From an uncultured bacterium (GTDB lineage Bacteria; Krumholzibacteriota; Krumholzibacteriia; Krumholzibacteriales; Krumholzibacteriaceae): DNA of 64,000 nucleotides. Each line of letters begins with the position of its first letter. Positions within the stretch are counted from its first letter, which is position 1. Below, one piece after another: positions 9,124 to 17,903 of the stretch. The translations under genes were made by a program, and so were the position numbers. The notes beneath the pieces were generated by a model that was given only the letters and a program-made list of their open reading frames with translations, did no database searches and was not told where the DNA came from. The stretch is taken from assembly GCA_963786935.1 (NCBI GenBank), contig CAWBAN010000001.1, positions 832,001 through 896,000 of the forward strand, in the 5' to 3' direction.

Positions 9124-11427
9124 TTAGGCGGGAATTCTCGATTTCGCTTCGTTGACGAGCTCGGCGGCGGTGGCCGATGTGCCCGGAAACACGGCGTAGC
9201 CGTTGGTGGGATAATAGCCCGTGGATTCGTAGTACCCTTTCTCCTCGAGATTTTTCGCGATGAGCTCCTTGATGCGGTTTTCGAGGTAGCCCATCCGCTG
9301 ATAGCCCTCGACCGAGAGGACGATGAAGAGATCGGGTTCGGTCCATGAGAAGAAATCGGTTTTCCGAACCTGGGTCCGTACCCCGACGCTGAGCTCGTTC
9401 ACGAGCCGCAGGCCGGCTTGAAAGTCGGCGCCGAGGATGGATTGCAGGCCGTTGATCTTGAACACGGTGACGGTGAATCCGTGATGGTATCTCTCGGCCC
9501 GCTCGATCTCTTCGCCGATCCGCTCGATCATGAGCTTCTGGTTGTACCGCAGGAGATCGTCGAAGGAGAACGATTCGGGCTCTTTCGCCTTCGCCGCCGC
9601 CTTCGAAAACAGCGGCGCGACGATGCCGGAGACCTTCCGGAGGAGGTTCGTCTCGTGCTCCCCGAATATTGAGGAATCGAGAGGCGTGGCGGGGGTCTTG
9701 TCGTAACCGATGAAGACGACGCTCGTGTCATCCGACCGATAGAGGGGAAAGCCGATGGCCGACCGGTAGAGCGGCGGCTTGTCGAGGAGCTTGAGGTCGG
9801 CCGAGAGGTAGCTCATGCATATCGGTTCCCCCTTCTCCTTGACCGTTTCGAGCATCTCCGCGTCGTATTCGAGCCTGCTTCGCCGCTCCTTCTCGTCGTC
9901 GGGGAACTGGTGATAGGCCGATTCCGAACGGTCGGGGCCCTCGTAGTGCAGGCTTCCGATCGATGCCTTCACGAGCGACGACAGGAGCGCCGGCAATCTG
10001 CGTATATTCGATGAAAGATCCTCGAACGCGACGAATGTCGGGGTCATCACGGAGAGCTCCTCGAGGCTCTCGATCTTCCGCGACTGGCGGAGTTCCCTGA
10101 TCTGCGCGTACGTGAAGAACGCGACCTGGAAGCGAAGCGCGTCCTTGAGCCTGAAGAACGTCTGCTGCGCGCTCAGGCTCGAAAACTCGATCACCATGAC
10201 GCCGAGCGCTTCGGAGTGCACGAGCGGGAGGTAGATCGAGGTGATGACGCCGTCCCCCGATTTCAGCCGGAGCCCCGCCGCGTGGCTCGCCTCGGTCATG
10301 AGGATCTCCTCCTGGGCGATGAACGCGCGCGCGAGAGCGCCCTTGTCGCAGTGAATCCGGGGGGACTGCGCGCCGGCAGGCATCTGCTGATCGCTTCCCC
10401 CGAGGATGAGCCAGTCTCCCTCGTCGGTGGCCGTATAGATCGCGACGGTATCGGCCTTGAGCTCCCGCGCGAGGAATCTCGTGAGCAGGGTGAACTTCTC
10501 GTGAAATCCGATCTCCCGGTGGAAGAGGCTCTCGAGGTAGTTGCGGATCTGGAACTCGATCTCCCGCACCGCGTGCGCGTCGATCATGAGGTGCTGCTCG
10601 AGAATCGGCGAGATCTTCGACGCGAGGAGCGCGATGGTTTCGAGATCCTTGTTCCCGAGCTTTTTCTCGTCTCCGCTCGTCGAGATGTTCAGCACGCCGA
10701 GGAGCTTCGTTTCATGGACGAGCGCCACCGAGATGGAGCTCGCGATATCGTCGCGCTCCCGGCCGTTGCGGTAGAGCGGCGTGTTGACGATCTCGGTGAT
10801 GAGGATGGGCTTGAGGGTGCGGGCGACCGTTCCGGCGATCCCCTCGCCGAGCTTTTGTCTCGTGCGCTCGACGACCTCGGCGCTCAGCCCGTTCGCGTAG
10901 CCGATGTAGAGCTCGCTGCTCTCGGGGGAATACAGCATGATCGATCCGCTGGAGGCGCCGACCGCGCGGATCGAAATCTCGAGGAGCCACTTGAGGAGCC
11001 GTTCCCGGTCCGTGATGTGGCTCATGTATTCGAGCGCGTCCTCGAGATGCGCGGGCCACGGGCGCGCGCCGGCCTCGTCCTTCCCCTGCGGGGCCGGAGC
11101 GAAATGATCGACCGCTTCGGCGGGATTGACGATCCGCTTGCGCTCCTTGCGGAGCAGGGCGATCTCCCGGTCGTAGAGCTTGCGTTTGTCCGTTACGATG
11201 ACGTAGTCGGCCGTGAGGAACGTTTCGAGGAATGCGTCGTCGGAGAACGCGGGGATGCCGATGATTTCGGCGATCTCGAGCGCGACGGCCCGGGGATCCC
11301 GGTCGAACACGCCGACGATGCTCACGTCGGGGGTGCGATGGAATTCGCTCAAAACGTTGAGCTCTTCCTCGCCTCCTCCGAGGATGGCGATCTTGATGCT
11401 CGCTCCGGACACGATCCTCTCCCGCAT
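9124..11427 (-). CDS. Rossmann-like N-domain + GAF repeats + degenerate GGDEF-like domain protein
   Basis: IAILGGG N-terminus; GAF motif (GEGIAGTVARTLKPILI...GVLNIS); C-terminal EEIERAERY...RKTDFFSWTEPDLF. Alternative GTG start at 11412 with a GGAGAGG SD. Confidence 0.75.
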   Translation of the reverse strand: MRERIVSGASIKIAILGGGEEELNVLSEFHRTPDVSIVGVFDRDPRAVALEIAEIIGIPAFSDDAFLETFLTADYVIVTDKRKLYDREIALLRKERKRIVNPAEAVDHFAPAPQGKDEAGARPWPAHLEDALEYMSHITDRERLLKWLLEISIRAVGASSGSIMLYSPESSELYIGYANGLSAEVVERTRQKLGEGIAGTVARTLKPILITEIVNTPLYRNGRERDDIASSISVALVHETKLLGVLNISTSGDEKKLGNKDLETIALLASKISPILEQHLMIDAHAVREIEFQIRNYLESLFHREIGFHEKFTLLTRFLARELKADTVAIYTATDEGDWLILGGSDQQMPAGAQSPRIHCDKGALARAFIAQEEILMTEASHAAGLRLKSGDGVITSIYLPLVHSEALGVMVIEFSSLSAQQTFFRLKDALRFQVAFFTYAQIRELRQSRKIESLEELSVMTPTFVAFEDLSSNIRRLPALLSSLVKASIGSLHYEGPDRSESAYHQFPDDEKERRSRLEYDAEMLETVKEKGEPICMSYLSADLKLLDKPPLYRSAIGFPLYRSDDTSVVFIGYDKTPATPLDSSIFGEHETNLLRKVSGIVAPLFSKAAAKAKEPESFSFDDLLRYNQKLMIERIGEEIERAERYHHGFTVTVFKINGLQSILGADFQAGLRLVNELSVGVRTQVRKTDFFSWTEPDLFIVLSVEGYQRMGYLENRIKELIAKNLEEKGYYESTGYYPTNGYAVFPGTSATAAELVNEAKSRIPA

Positions 11428-11463
11428 CGATGTGCCGCAAATAGTATGACCCAGGAGGTTTTT

Positions 11464-11480
11464 AGCATAAGTCGAGCCAG
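11464..11480 (-). promoter_or_regulatory. Putative sigma54 -24/-12 promoter for the GAF gene
   Basis: CTGGCTCGACTTATGCT has correct GG-N10-GC spacing and two mismatches to TGGCACG-N4-TTGCW. Confidence 0.55.
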
Positions 11481-11493
11481 AAGAAAGGCGGGG

Positions 11494-14070
11494 CTACGCT
11501 CGGGCCTTCCCTTTGAGCTCGACGAGGAGCTTGAGGGCTTCTAGCGGTGTAATACTATTAGTATCAATCGCTTGTAGTCTTAAATGAACGTCGTCCAAGC
11601 CGGGAAATAGGGAGGTCTGGTTCGCCTGATCCGGCTTCGGCGGGCCGGCGCTCATCTTTTCGCGCTCGAGCCCTGCCAAGATTTCGGCCGCGCGCCGGAT
11701 GACCGATTCCGGCAGTCCGGCGAGGCGCGCAACCTGAATGCCGTAGCTCCGGTCGCTCGCCCCTTCACGGATCTTGTAGAGAAAGACGATCCGATCCCCC
11801 CATTCCTTGATCTCGACCCGCATCGCCCGGGCGTGCGGGAATCGGCCGGCGAGGCTCGTGAGCTCGTGATAGTGCGTCGCGAAGAGCGTCTTCGGTTTCG
11901 GCCCTTCCCCCTCGAGGAGGAACTCGGAAACGGCCCAGGCGAGGCTCAGGCCGTCGAGGGTGCTCGTGCCGCGCCCGATCTCGTCGAGAATGACGAGGCT
12001 CCGGCTCGTGCAGTTGTTGAGAATCTTGGCGGTCTCGCCCATCTCGACGAGAAACGTGCTCTGGCCGCGCGCGAGGTTGTCGCTCGATCCGACCCGCGTG
12101 AATATCCGGTCGAGCAGGCCCACCGACGCCCGGGCCGCCGGCACGTAGCTTCCCGCGTGCGCGAGGAGCGAGATGATCGCGGCCTGGCGGATGTAGGTCG
12201 ATTTTCCTCCCATGTTCGGGCCCGTGAGGATGACGAAGCTCTTCCCGCTCGAGCGGAGCTCGATATCGTTCGGAATGAAATCCTTTCCGGAGATGCGTTC
12301 GACGACGGGGTGCCGCCCATCCGTGACGACGAGATCCCCGGTCTCGTTGATCTCGGGCCGGCAGTAGTCGCGCTCGAGCGCGATCGCGGCGAGGGACGAC
12401 AGGACGTCGAGCGACGCGACGGCCGCGGCGATCCGCTGGAGGAGCTCGCTCTCGCGCGATACCGTCTCGCAGAGCGCGTCGAATATCTCCCGCTCGAGCG
12501 CGATCCGGCGCGCGTCGGCGCCGATGATCGCCTGCTCCTTCGCCTTGAGCTCCTCCGTCACGTAGCGCTGCGACGAAACGAGGGTCTGCCTGACGATGTA
12601 ATCTCCGGGCACCTTCGCGTCGTGGACGCGGGATATCTCGATATAGTAGCCGAACACCCGGTTGTATCCGACCCGGAGGGAGGAAATGCCGCTGCGCTCC
12701 CGTTCCGATTCCTGGAGCCGCGCGATCCACGCCTTGCCTTCCGCCGATTCGCGCGCCACGTCGTCGAGATCGCTCCGGAAGCCGCTCCTGATGTACCCCC
12801 CGTCGCGCAGATGCGGCGGGCTCGCGGGATCGATGCCCCGCCGTATCTCGTCGAGGCAGGCGACCGGGGTCGAAACGTCGCGCGCCGCGGCGCCGATCGC
12901 CTCGGCCCCGAAACGTCCCGCGGCCTCGGCGATCCCGGGCCCGCGCTCGAGGGCTTCGGCGAGGGCGAGAAGTTCCCGGGGTCCCGCCTTCCGCGCGGTG
13001 ATCCGGGCCAGGAGCCGCTCGATATCGGCGAACCGTTTCAGCGCCCCGCGGAGCGCGCGCAGCGCGGTATGATCGGAGAGGAGCGATTCGATCGCGTCGA
13101 GGCGCCGCTCGATCACCACGGCCCGCCGGGACGGATGCATGATCCATTTCCGCAGCTCGCGCGCCCCCGGCGCCGTCTGCGTATCGTCGAGATGATGGAT
13201 GAGCGTCGTATCGGCCGCGTTCCCCCGCAGCGGCTCGAAGACCTCGAGGTTCTCGAGCGTCTCGGCGTCGAGGAACAGGCTGTCCGCCGGGATGAGGAGC
13301 CTGACGGCGGCGATATGAGCGAGATCGCTTCGCCGCAGCTCCTTCACGAACGAGAGGAGCGAGCCGGCCGCGGCGACGGCGAGCGGCCGGTCGTCGAGCC
13401 CGAAGCAGGCGAGATCGCTCACGCGGAAATGCGCGAGCAGCGCGGCGCGCGCGAACTGCTCCTCGAACTCGTACGGGGGGCGCTCGTCGATCGTCGCGCG
13501 GCGATCGAGCGTTTCGACGCGGGCGCGTACCGCGTCGGCGCCGAGCGGAACGATGGCTTCGCGGAAACGCGTGCCGGCGAGCGCCTGCTCGATCACGGCC
13601 GTGCGGTCCTCCCCCGCGCTGAATTCCCCCGTCGAGACGTCGAGGATCGCGAAGCCGGTCCTGTCGCCGCGCTCCGCCATGGAAACGATATAGTTGTTCT
13701 CCCGGTCGACGAGGGTCGCGGGCGAAAGGGTGGTTCCGGGGGTGACGACGTCCGTCACGACGCGTTTGACGACGCCCGAGGCCCCGGGAACCTCTTCGAC
13801 CTGGTCGCAGATCACGACGGTTCGTCCCAGCTGGAGCAGCTTCGCGACGTAGGTCTCCACGGCGTGGATCGGGACGCCCGCGAGCGGCACCGGATTGCTC
13901 TTGTCCTTGTCGCGCGTCGTGAGGGCTATATTGAGCAGGCGGCTGACCTCTTTCGCGTCGTCGTAGAACGTCTCGTAGAAGTCGCCGACCTGGAAGAACA
14001 GAATTCCGCTCGCGTACCGGCTCTTGATTTCCCGGTACTGATTCATGAGTGGCGTCAGCCGGTAGCTCAT
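11494..14070 (-). CDS. mutS: DNA mismatch repair protein MutS
   Basis: TPLMNQY, GDFYETF, GPNMGGKST, STFLVEM, DEIGRGT, FATHYHEL, SYGIQVA. Confidence 0.97.
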   Translation of the reverse strand: MSYRLTPLMNQYREIKSRYASGILFFQVGDFYETFYDDAKEVSRLLNIALTTRDKDKSNPVPLAGVPIHAVETYVAKLLQLGRTVVICDQVEEVPGASGVVKRVVTDVVTPGTTLSPATLVDRENNYIVSMAERGDRTGFAILDVSTGEFSAGEDRTAVIEQALAGTRFREAIVPLGADAVRARVETLDRRATIDERPPYEFEEQFARAALLAHFRVSDLACFGLDDRPLAVAAAGSLLSFVKELRRSDLAHIAAVRLLIPADSLFLDAETLENLEVFEPLRGNAADTTLIHHLDDTQTAPGARELRKWIMHPSRRAVVIERRLDAIESLLSDHTALRALRGALKRFADIERLLARITARKAGPRELLALAEALERGPGIAEAAGRFGAEAIGAAARDVSTPVACLDEIRRGIDPASPPHLRDGGYIRSGFRSDLDDVARESAEGKAWIARLQESERERSGISSLRVGYNRVFGYYIEISRVHDAKVPGDYIVRQTLVSSQRYVTEELKAKEQAIIGADARRIALEREIFDALCETVSRESELLQRIAAAVASLDVLSSLAAIALERDYCRPEINETGDLVVTDGRHPVVERISGKDFIPNDIELRSSGKSFVILTGPNMGGKSTYIRQAAIISLLAHAGSYVPAARASVGLLDRIFTRVGSSDNLARGQSTFLVEMGETAKILNNCTSRSLVILDEIGRGTSTLDGLSLAWAVSEFLLEGEGPKPKTLFATHYHELTSLAGRFPHARAMRVEIKEWGDRIVFLYKIREGASDRSYGIQVARLAGLPESVIRRAAEILAGLEREKMSAGPPKPDQANQTSLFPGLDDVHLRLQAIDTNSITPLEALKLLVELKGKARA
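11562..11574 (+). promoter_or_regulatory. IHF consensus site inside the mutS 3' end
   Basis: TATCAATCGCTTG matches WATCAANNNNTTR exactly and is preceded by an AT-rich tract. Confidence 0.55.
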
Positions 14071-14071
14071 C

Positions 14072-15121
14072 CTACTGCAGGGGAACGATCGAGCCGGTCA
14101 GATCGAGAAGCTCCTTCGCGCGCTCAACATCGCGAGCCGCCGCCTCCCTGCTCTCGTACCTCCCGACGCGAACCCGATGCATGATCCGGCCCTCGGTTTC
14201 GAACCGCTCGACGCGGACGCCGCGGAACGCGCCTTCGAGCTTGGCGGCGACGGCGAGCGCGTTCGCCTTCGCACCGAACGCGCCGAACTGAATGGTGAAT
14301 TCGCCGCGCTCGCTTCCGGTCGCCGCGGCATCCCGGGAGGACGGTTTCCCCGTTTCACCTCCCCCCGCCTGCTTGTCTTCCTTCGGTTTGGTGCGCGGCG
14401 CGGCGAGGACCTGCACCTTCTCGTTCGATCGGCCCGCCTCGAACGAGCGGGGAAACTCCTCGATCAGGGCGCGGTAGCGTTCGAGCGCCTTATCGCGCTC
14501 TCCGGCGCGTTCGAGACATTCGGCGAGCCCGAACATCGCGACCGGATCCCGGCGCGACCGCACGAGGCTCTCGTACTTCGCGATGGCCTCCGTGAGCCGT
14601 CCCTGGCGCGCATCGATCTCGGCGCGCGCGATCGTGCTCCACGAGGCGTACGCTCCCCGCGTGATCGACGCGAATTCCGCGGCGGCGCGCGCGGTGTCGC
14701 CGAGCTGCCGGCGGCAGAGCGCGGCGAAATAGGTCCCCGTTCCCGCGTCGCGATTGGAGATCTCGACGCGGCGTTCGGCGAGCAGATCGAGCGCTCCGGC
14801 GTAATCCCCCGCGCCGTACCGCATCGTCGCGAGATCGAGGCGCGCGCGATCGGCCGCGCCCCCGTTCTCCGAGGCGATCACGCGGCGATAGAGCGTTTCG
14901 GCCTTCGCGTAATCGGTTTCGAGCCGCGCGAGCATGAGGAGGGCGTCGGCGCGTTCGTCGCGATCGGCCGACGACGTGTCGCCGGCGACGGCGGCCCGGG
15001 CGCGGTCGTAGTCGCATCGCTTGAAGAGATCGTCGGCGCGCTTGAGGCCCGAGACGGCTCCGATCGCCGCAGCGGCGATGGCGGCGAGACAGACGGCCAA
15101 CGCGAGTTTTCGTTTCATCAT
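14072..15121 (-). CDS. Secreted TPR + SPOR-domain protein
   Basis: Signal peptide, TPR-like helices, C-terminal FTIQFGAFG...HRVRVGRY (SPOR). Confidence 0.8.
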   Translation of the reverse strand: MMKRKLALAVCLAAIAAAAIGAVSGLKRADDLFKRCDYDRARAAVAGDTSSADRDERADALLMLARLETDYAKAETLYRRVIASENGGAADRARLDLATMRYGAGDYAGALDLLAERRVEISNRDAGTGTYFAALCRRQLGDTARAAAEFASITRGAYASWSTIARAEIDARQGRLTEAIAKYESLVRSRRDPVAMFGLAECLERAGERDKALERYRALIEEFPRSFEAGRSNEKVQVLAAPRTKPKEDKQAGGGETGKPSSRDAAATGSERGEFTIQFGAFGAKANALAVAAKLEGAFRGVRVERFETEGRIMHRVRVGRYESREAAARDVERAKELLDLTGSIVPLQ

Positions 15122-15166
15122 GTTCGTCTGTGCGGGAATCGCGCCGGGCGGCTTTACGCCGGCTCG

Positions 15167-16477
15167 CTACTGATCGATCGCCGCGACTTCCCCCTCGAAG
15201 GTGAAATTGACGAGCCGCTTCAGGACGATGGGAACGATATCGCCGTCGCGCAATCCCGCCGGCGTCACGAGCACGTTCCTGAATTCCGGGGTGCGGCCTT
15301 TCAGGTAGCGATATTCCCCCTTCTGCGCCGCACCGTCAAGAAGGATTTCCGTTCTGCTGCCGAGCTGCGCCCGCAGGATCGCACCGCGCTCCTCCTGCAC
15401 GAGGGCGTTCAGCGCGAGGAGGCGTTTTTTCTTCTCCCCCGCGCTCACGTCGTCGGGCCTCTCGAACGCCGCCGTCCCCGCGCGCGGCGAGTACTGGAAG
15501 GTGAACGCGGCTTCGAACCGGGCCTCGCGGACGAGATCGAGGGTCTGCTCGAATTCGTCGTCCGTCTCCGTGGGGAATCCGACGATGATGTCGGTCGTGA
15601 CGGCGAGCCCGGGCACGATGCGTCGCGCCTCCCGCAGCTTCTCCAAATAGATCTCCCTCGTATAGCCGCGATTCATGGCCGCGAGAATGCGATTGCTCCC
15701 CGCCTGCACCGGCAAATGGATATGGCTGCAGAACCGGCCGTCGCGGGCCATCAGCTCGAAGACCGGCGGACCGACGTCGCGCGGATGGCTCGTGAGAAAC
15801 CGCAGCCTTCTCACGTCCGTTTCATCGAGGATGCGCCCGGCGAGCTCGACGAACCCGGTCCCGCCGTCCCGGTACGCGATCACGTTCTGGCCCAGCAGCG
15901 TCACCTCCCGCGCCCCACCCTCGACGGCAGCGGAGACCTCCCGGATGATCGCATCGGACGCCTTGCTCCGGACCGTTCCCCTGAGATACGGCACGATGCA
16001 GTAGGAGCAGAAATTCTCGCAGCCCTTCGTGATCGAGACGTACCGCGATACGCCCCCGCCGGATTTCCGCGCGCGCACCTCGGGCGCGGGGCCGTCGTCC
16101 GTTTCGACGAACACGAAGCGCCCCTCTCCGCGCACCGCCGATACGATGGCGTCGGGAAGCAGCGCGTAGCTGTCGGGCCCGGCGACGATTCGAACGGCGG
16201 GCACGAGATCGAAGAGCGCTTCGCCGAGGCGCTGGGCCATGCAGCCGCAGACGGCGATCACGGCGCCGCGGTGCCGCGAGAGATCGAGGAGCCGTCCGAT
16301 CGCCCGCTGCTCGGCGTGATCGCGCACGCTGCACGTATTGACGATGATGCATTCCGCATCCCGCGGATCGCGCACGATCGAGGCCCCCCGCCCTTCGAGG
16401 AGAGACGCGATCACGTCGGTGTCGTACGAGTTCATCTGGCAGCCGAAGCTCTCGCAGTACACGCGCAGCCCCGTCAT
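15167..16477 (-). CDS. miaB: tRNA-2-methylthio-N6-dimethylallyladenosine synthase
   Basis: FGCQMN, NTCSVR, GCMAQ, CENFCSYC, TDIIVGFP, YSPRAGT. Confidence 0.93.
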   Translation of the reverse strand: MTGLRVYCESFGCQMNSYDTDVIASLLEGRGASIVRDPRDAECIIVNTCSVRDHAEQRAIGRLLDLSRHRGAVIAVCGCMAQRLGEALFDLVPAVRIVAGPDSYALLPDAIVSAVRGEGRFVFVETDDGPAPEVRARKSGGGVSRYVSITKGCENFCSYCIVPYLRGTVRSKASDAIIREVSAAVEGGAREVTLLGQNVIAYRDGGTGFVELAGRILDETDVRRLRFLTSHPRDVGPPVFELMARDGRFCSHIHLPVQAGSNRILAAMNRGYTREIYLEKLREARRIVPGLAVTTDIIVGFPTETDDEFEQTLDLVREARFEAAFTFQYSPRAGTAAFERPDDVSAGEKKKRLLALNALVQEERGAILRAQLGSRTEILLDGAAQKGEYRYLKGRTPEFRNVLVTPAGLRDGDIVPIVLKRLVNFTFEGEVAAIDQ

Positions 16478-17799
16478 CGCTCCCACGCTCCCCGATCCGG
16501 TTCCGGCGCGCCGGATCCCGCGACCGGCGTTCCGGAGAGAGTCCCGCGGTCGAGCCGGTCGACGCGCACGCTGACGAGCGCGCCCGCCGGGCCCGCCGTC
16601 CGCGGCAGCAGCACCTCGCAGTAGGTCCCCGTGAGCGAGCGGACGCGCGTCGCGCGGGGGTCGCGCGCGATTTGCACGAGCGCGAGCTGCTGCGATCCGA
16701 CATGCGACTCGAGGAACGAGCGCTTCTTGGCTTTGCCGAGCTCGATGAGGCGCCTGCTTCGTTCCCGCTTCGCCGCGGGGCTCACCGCGCCGTCCATCGA
16801 CGCCGCGGGGGTCATCGGCCGCGGCGAAAAGCCGAACACGTGGAGAAATGATATCGGCAGCTCGCGCATGAGCTCGAAGGTATGCTCGAAGCGGTGTTCG
16901 GTCTCCCCGGGAAACCCGACGATGATATCGGTGCCGATGCCCATGCCGCGACGCGCCGCGGCTATCTCCTCTATCTTCTCCTTGAACGCCGCGGCCCGGT
17001 ACGACCGGTTCATCGCCGCGAGAACGAAATCGTCCCCGCTCTGCAGCGGAACGTGGAAATGGGGCGCCAGACGTTCCGTGCTGCCCGCGATTCGGAGAAG
17101 CGCTGGCGTCACTTCGTTCGCCTCGACGCTGCTGAGCCGGACCCGGACCCCGTCGACCCGGTCGAGGATCGTCTCCACCAGATGCGCGAGCGTGTCCGGG
17201 GGATCGAAGTCCGCGCCGTAGCGCCCGATGTGCACGCCGGTGAGAACGATTTCGTGGTAGCCGTTTTGGCGAAGGGTGGAGATCTGTTCGAGGACGGCGG
17301 CGGGGCTCACGCTGCGGCTCGAGCCCCTCGCCCGGGGAACGATGCAGTAGCTGCAGGAGGCGTCGCACCCCTCCTGCACCTTGACGAAGGCGCGCGCGTG
17401 GCCGAGAAAGCGCTCGATGCCGGTCCGGTCGCTCGCGTCGCTCCGCGCGGCGCTCCCGCGGATCGCGTCGACGATCGCGGGCAGCGCGTGCTTCTCGCCG
17501 TTTCCGAGCACGAGATCGATCTCATCCATGCTCCCGAGCCGCTCGCGCTGAAGCTCCGCGCCGCAGCCGGTGACGACGACGAACGCTCTCGGATCGATCC
17601 GTTTCGCGCGCCGCGCCGCGCTCCGGCACCGCGCGTCGCTCCGCGCCGTCACCGTGCATGAATTGATGATGCACACGGCCGCTCCCTCTTCGAATCGACG
17701 GTATCGCCAGTCCCGGCGCACGAGGGCCTCGCGGATCCACTCCGTTTCGAATTGGTTGAGCTTACAGCCGATCGTGAGGGTCGAGAAGGTCTTTTCCAT
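16474..17799 (-). CDS. mtaB: tRNA t6A methylthiotransferase MtaB
   Basis: GCKLNQFE, INSCTVT, KVQEGCDASCSYC, EIVLTGVHIG, HVFGFSPR. Confidence 0.9.
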   Translation of the reverse strand: MEKTFSTLTIGCKLNQFETEWIREALVRRDWRYRRFEEGAAVCIINSCTVTARSDARCRSAARRAKRIDPRAFVVVTGCGAELQRERLGSMDEIDLVLGNGEKHALPAIVDAIRGSAARSDASDRTGIERFLGHARAFVKVQEGCDASCSYCIVPRARGSSRSVSPAAVLEQISTLRQNGYHEIVLTGVHIGRYGADFDPPDTLAHLVETILDRVDGVRVRLSSVEANEVTPALLRIAGSTERLAPHFHVPLQSGDDFVLAAMNRSYRAAAFKEKIEEIAAARRGMGIGTDIIVGFPGETEHRFEHTFELMRELPISFLHVFGFSPRPMTPAASMDGAVSPAAKRERSRRLIELGKAKKRSFLESHVGSQQLALVQIARDPRATRVRSLTGTYCEVLLPRTAGPAGALVSVRVDRLDRGTLSGTPVAGSGAPEPDRGAWER

Positions 17800-17842
17800 G
17801 CGCACGGATCACGCTCCCGCCGGGCGGGCCGTTTCAAGGCCG

Positions 17843-17883
17843 AAAACGCCGAGAGGGTGGAATCCCACCCTCTCCGGCGTTTT
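17843..17883. terminator. Intrinsic terminator downstream of rpsA
   Basis: AAAACGCCG-AGAGGGTGG-(AATC)-CCACCCTCT-C-CGGCGTTTT inverted repeat with A/T tails on both sides. Confidence 0.8.
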
Positions 17884-17903
17884 GAGACTGTCCCCTGCTC
17901 ACC

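Noticed and set aside
15131..15147. GG-N10-GC element before the SPOR gene
   Set aside because: It lacks the T of TGG and the TT of TTGC and is too close to the ATG. Such spacing arises often by chance at this GC content.
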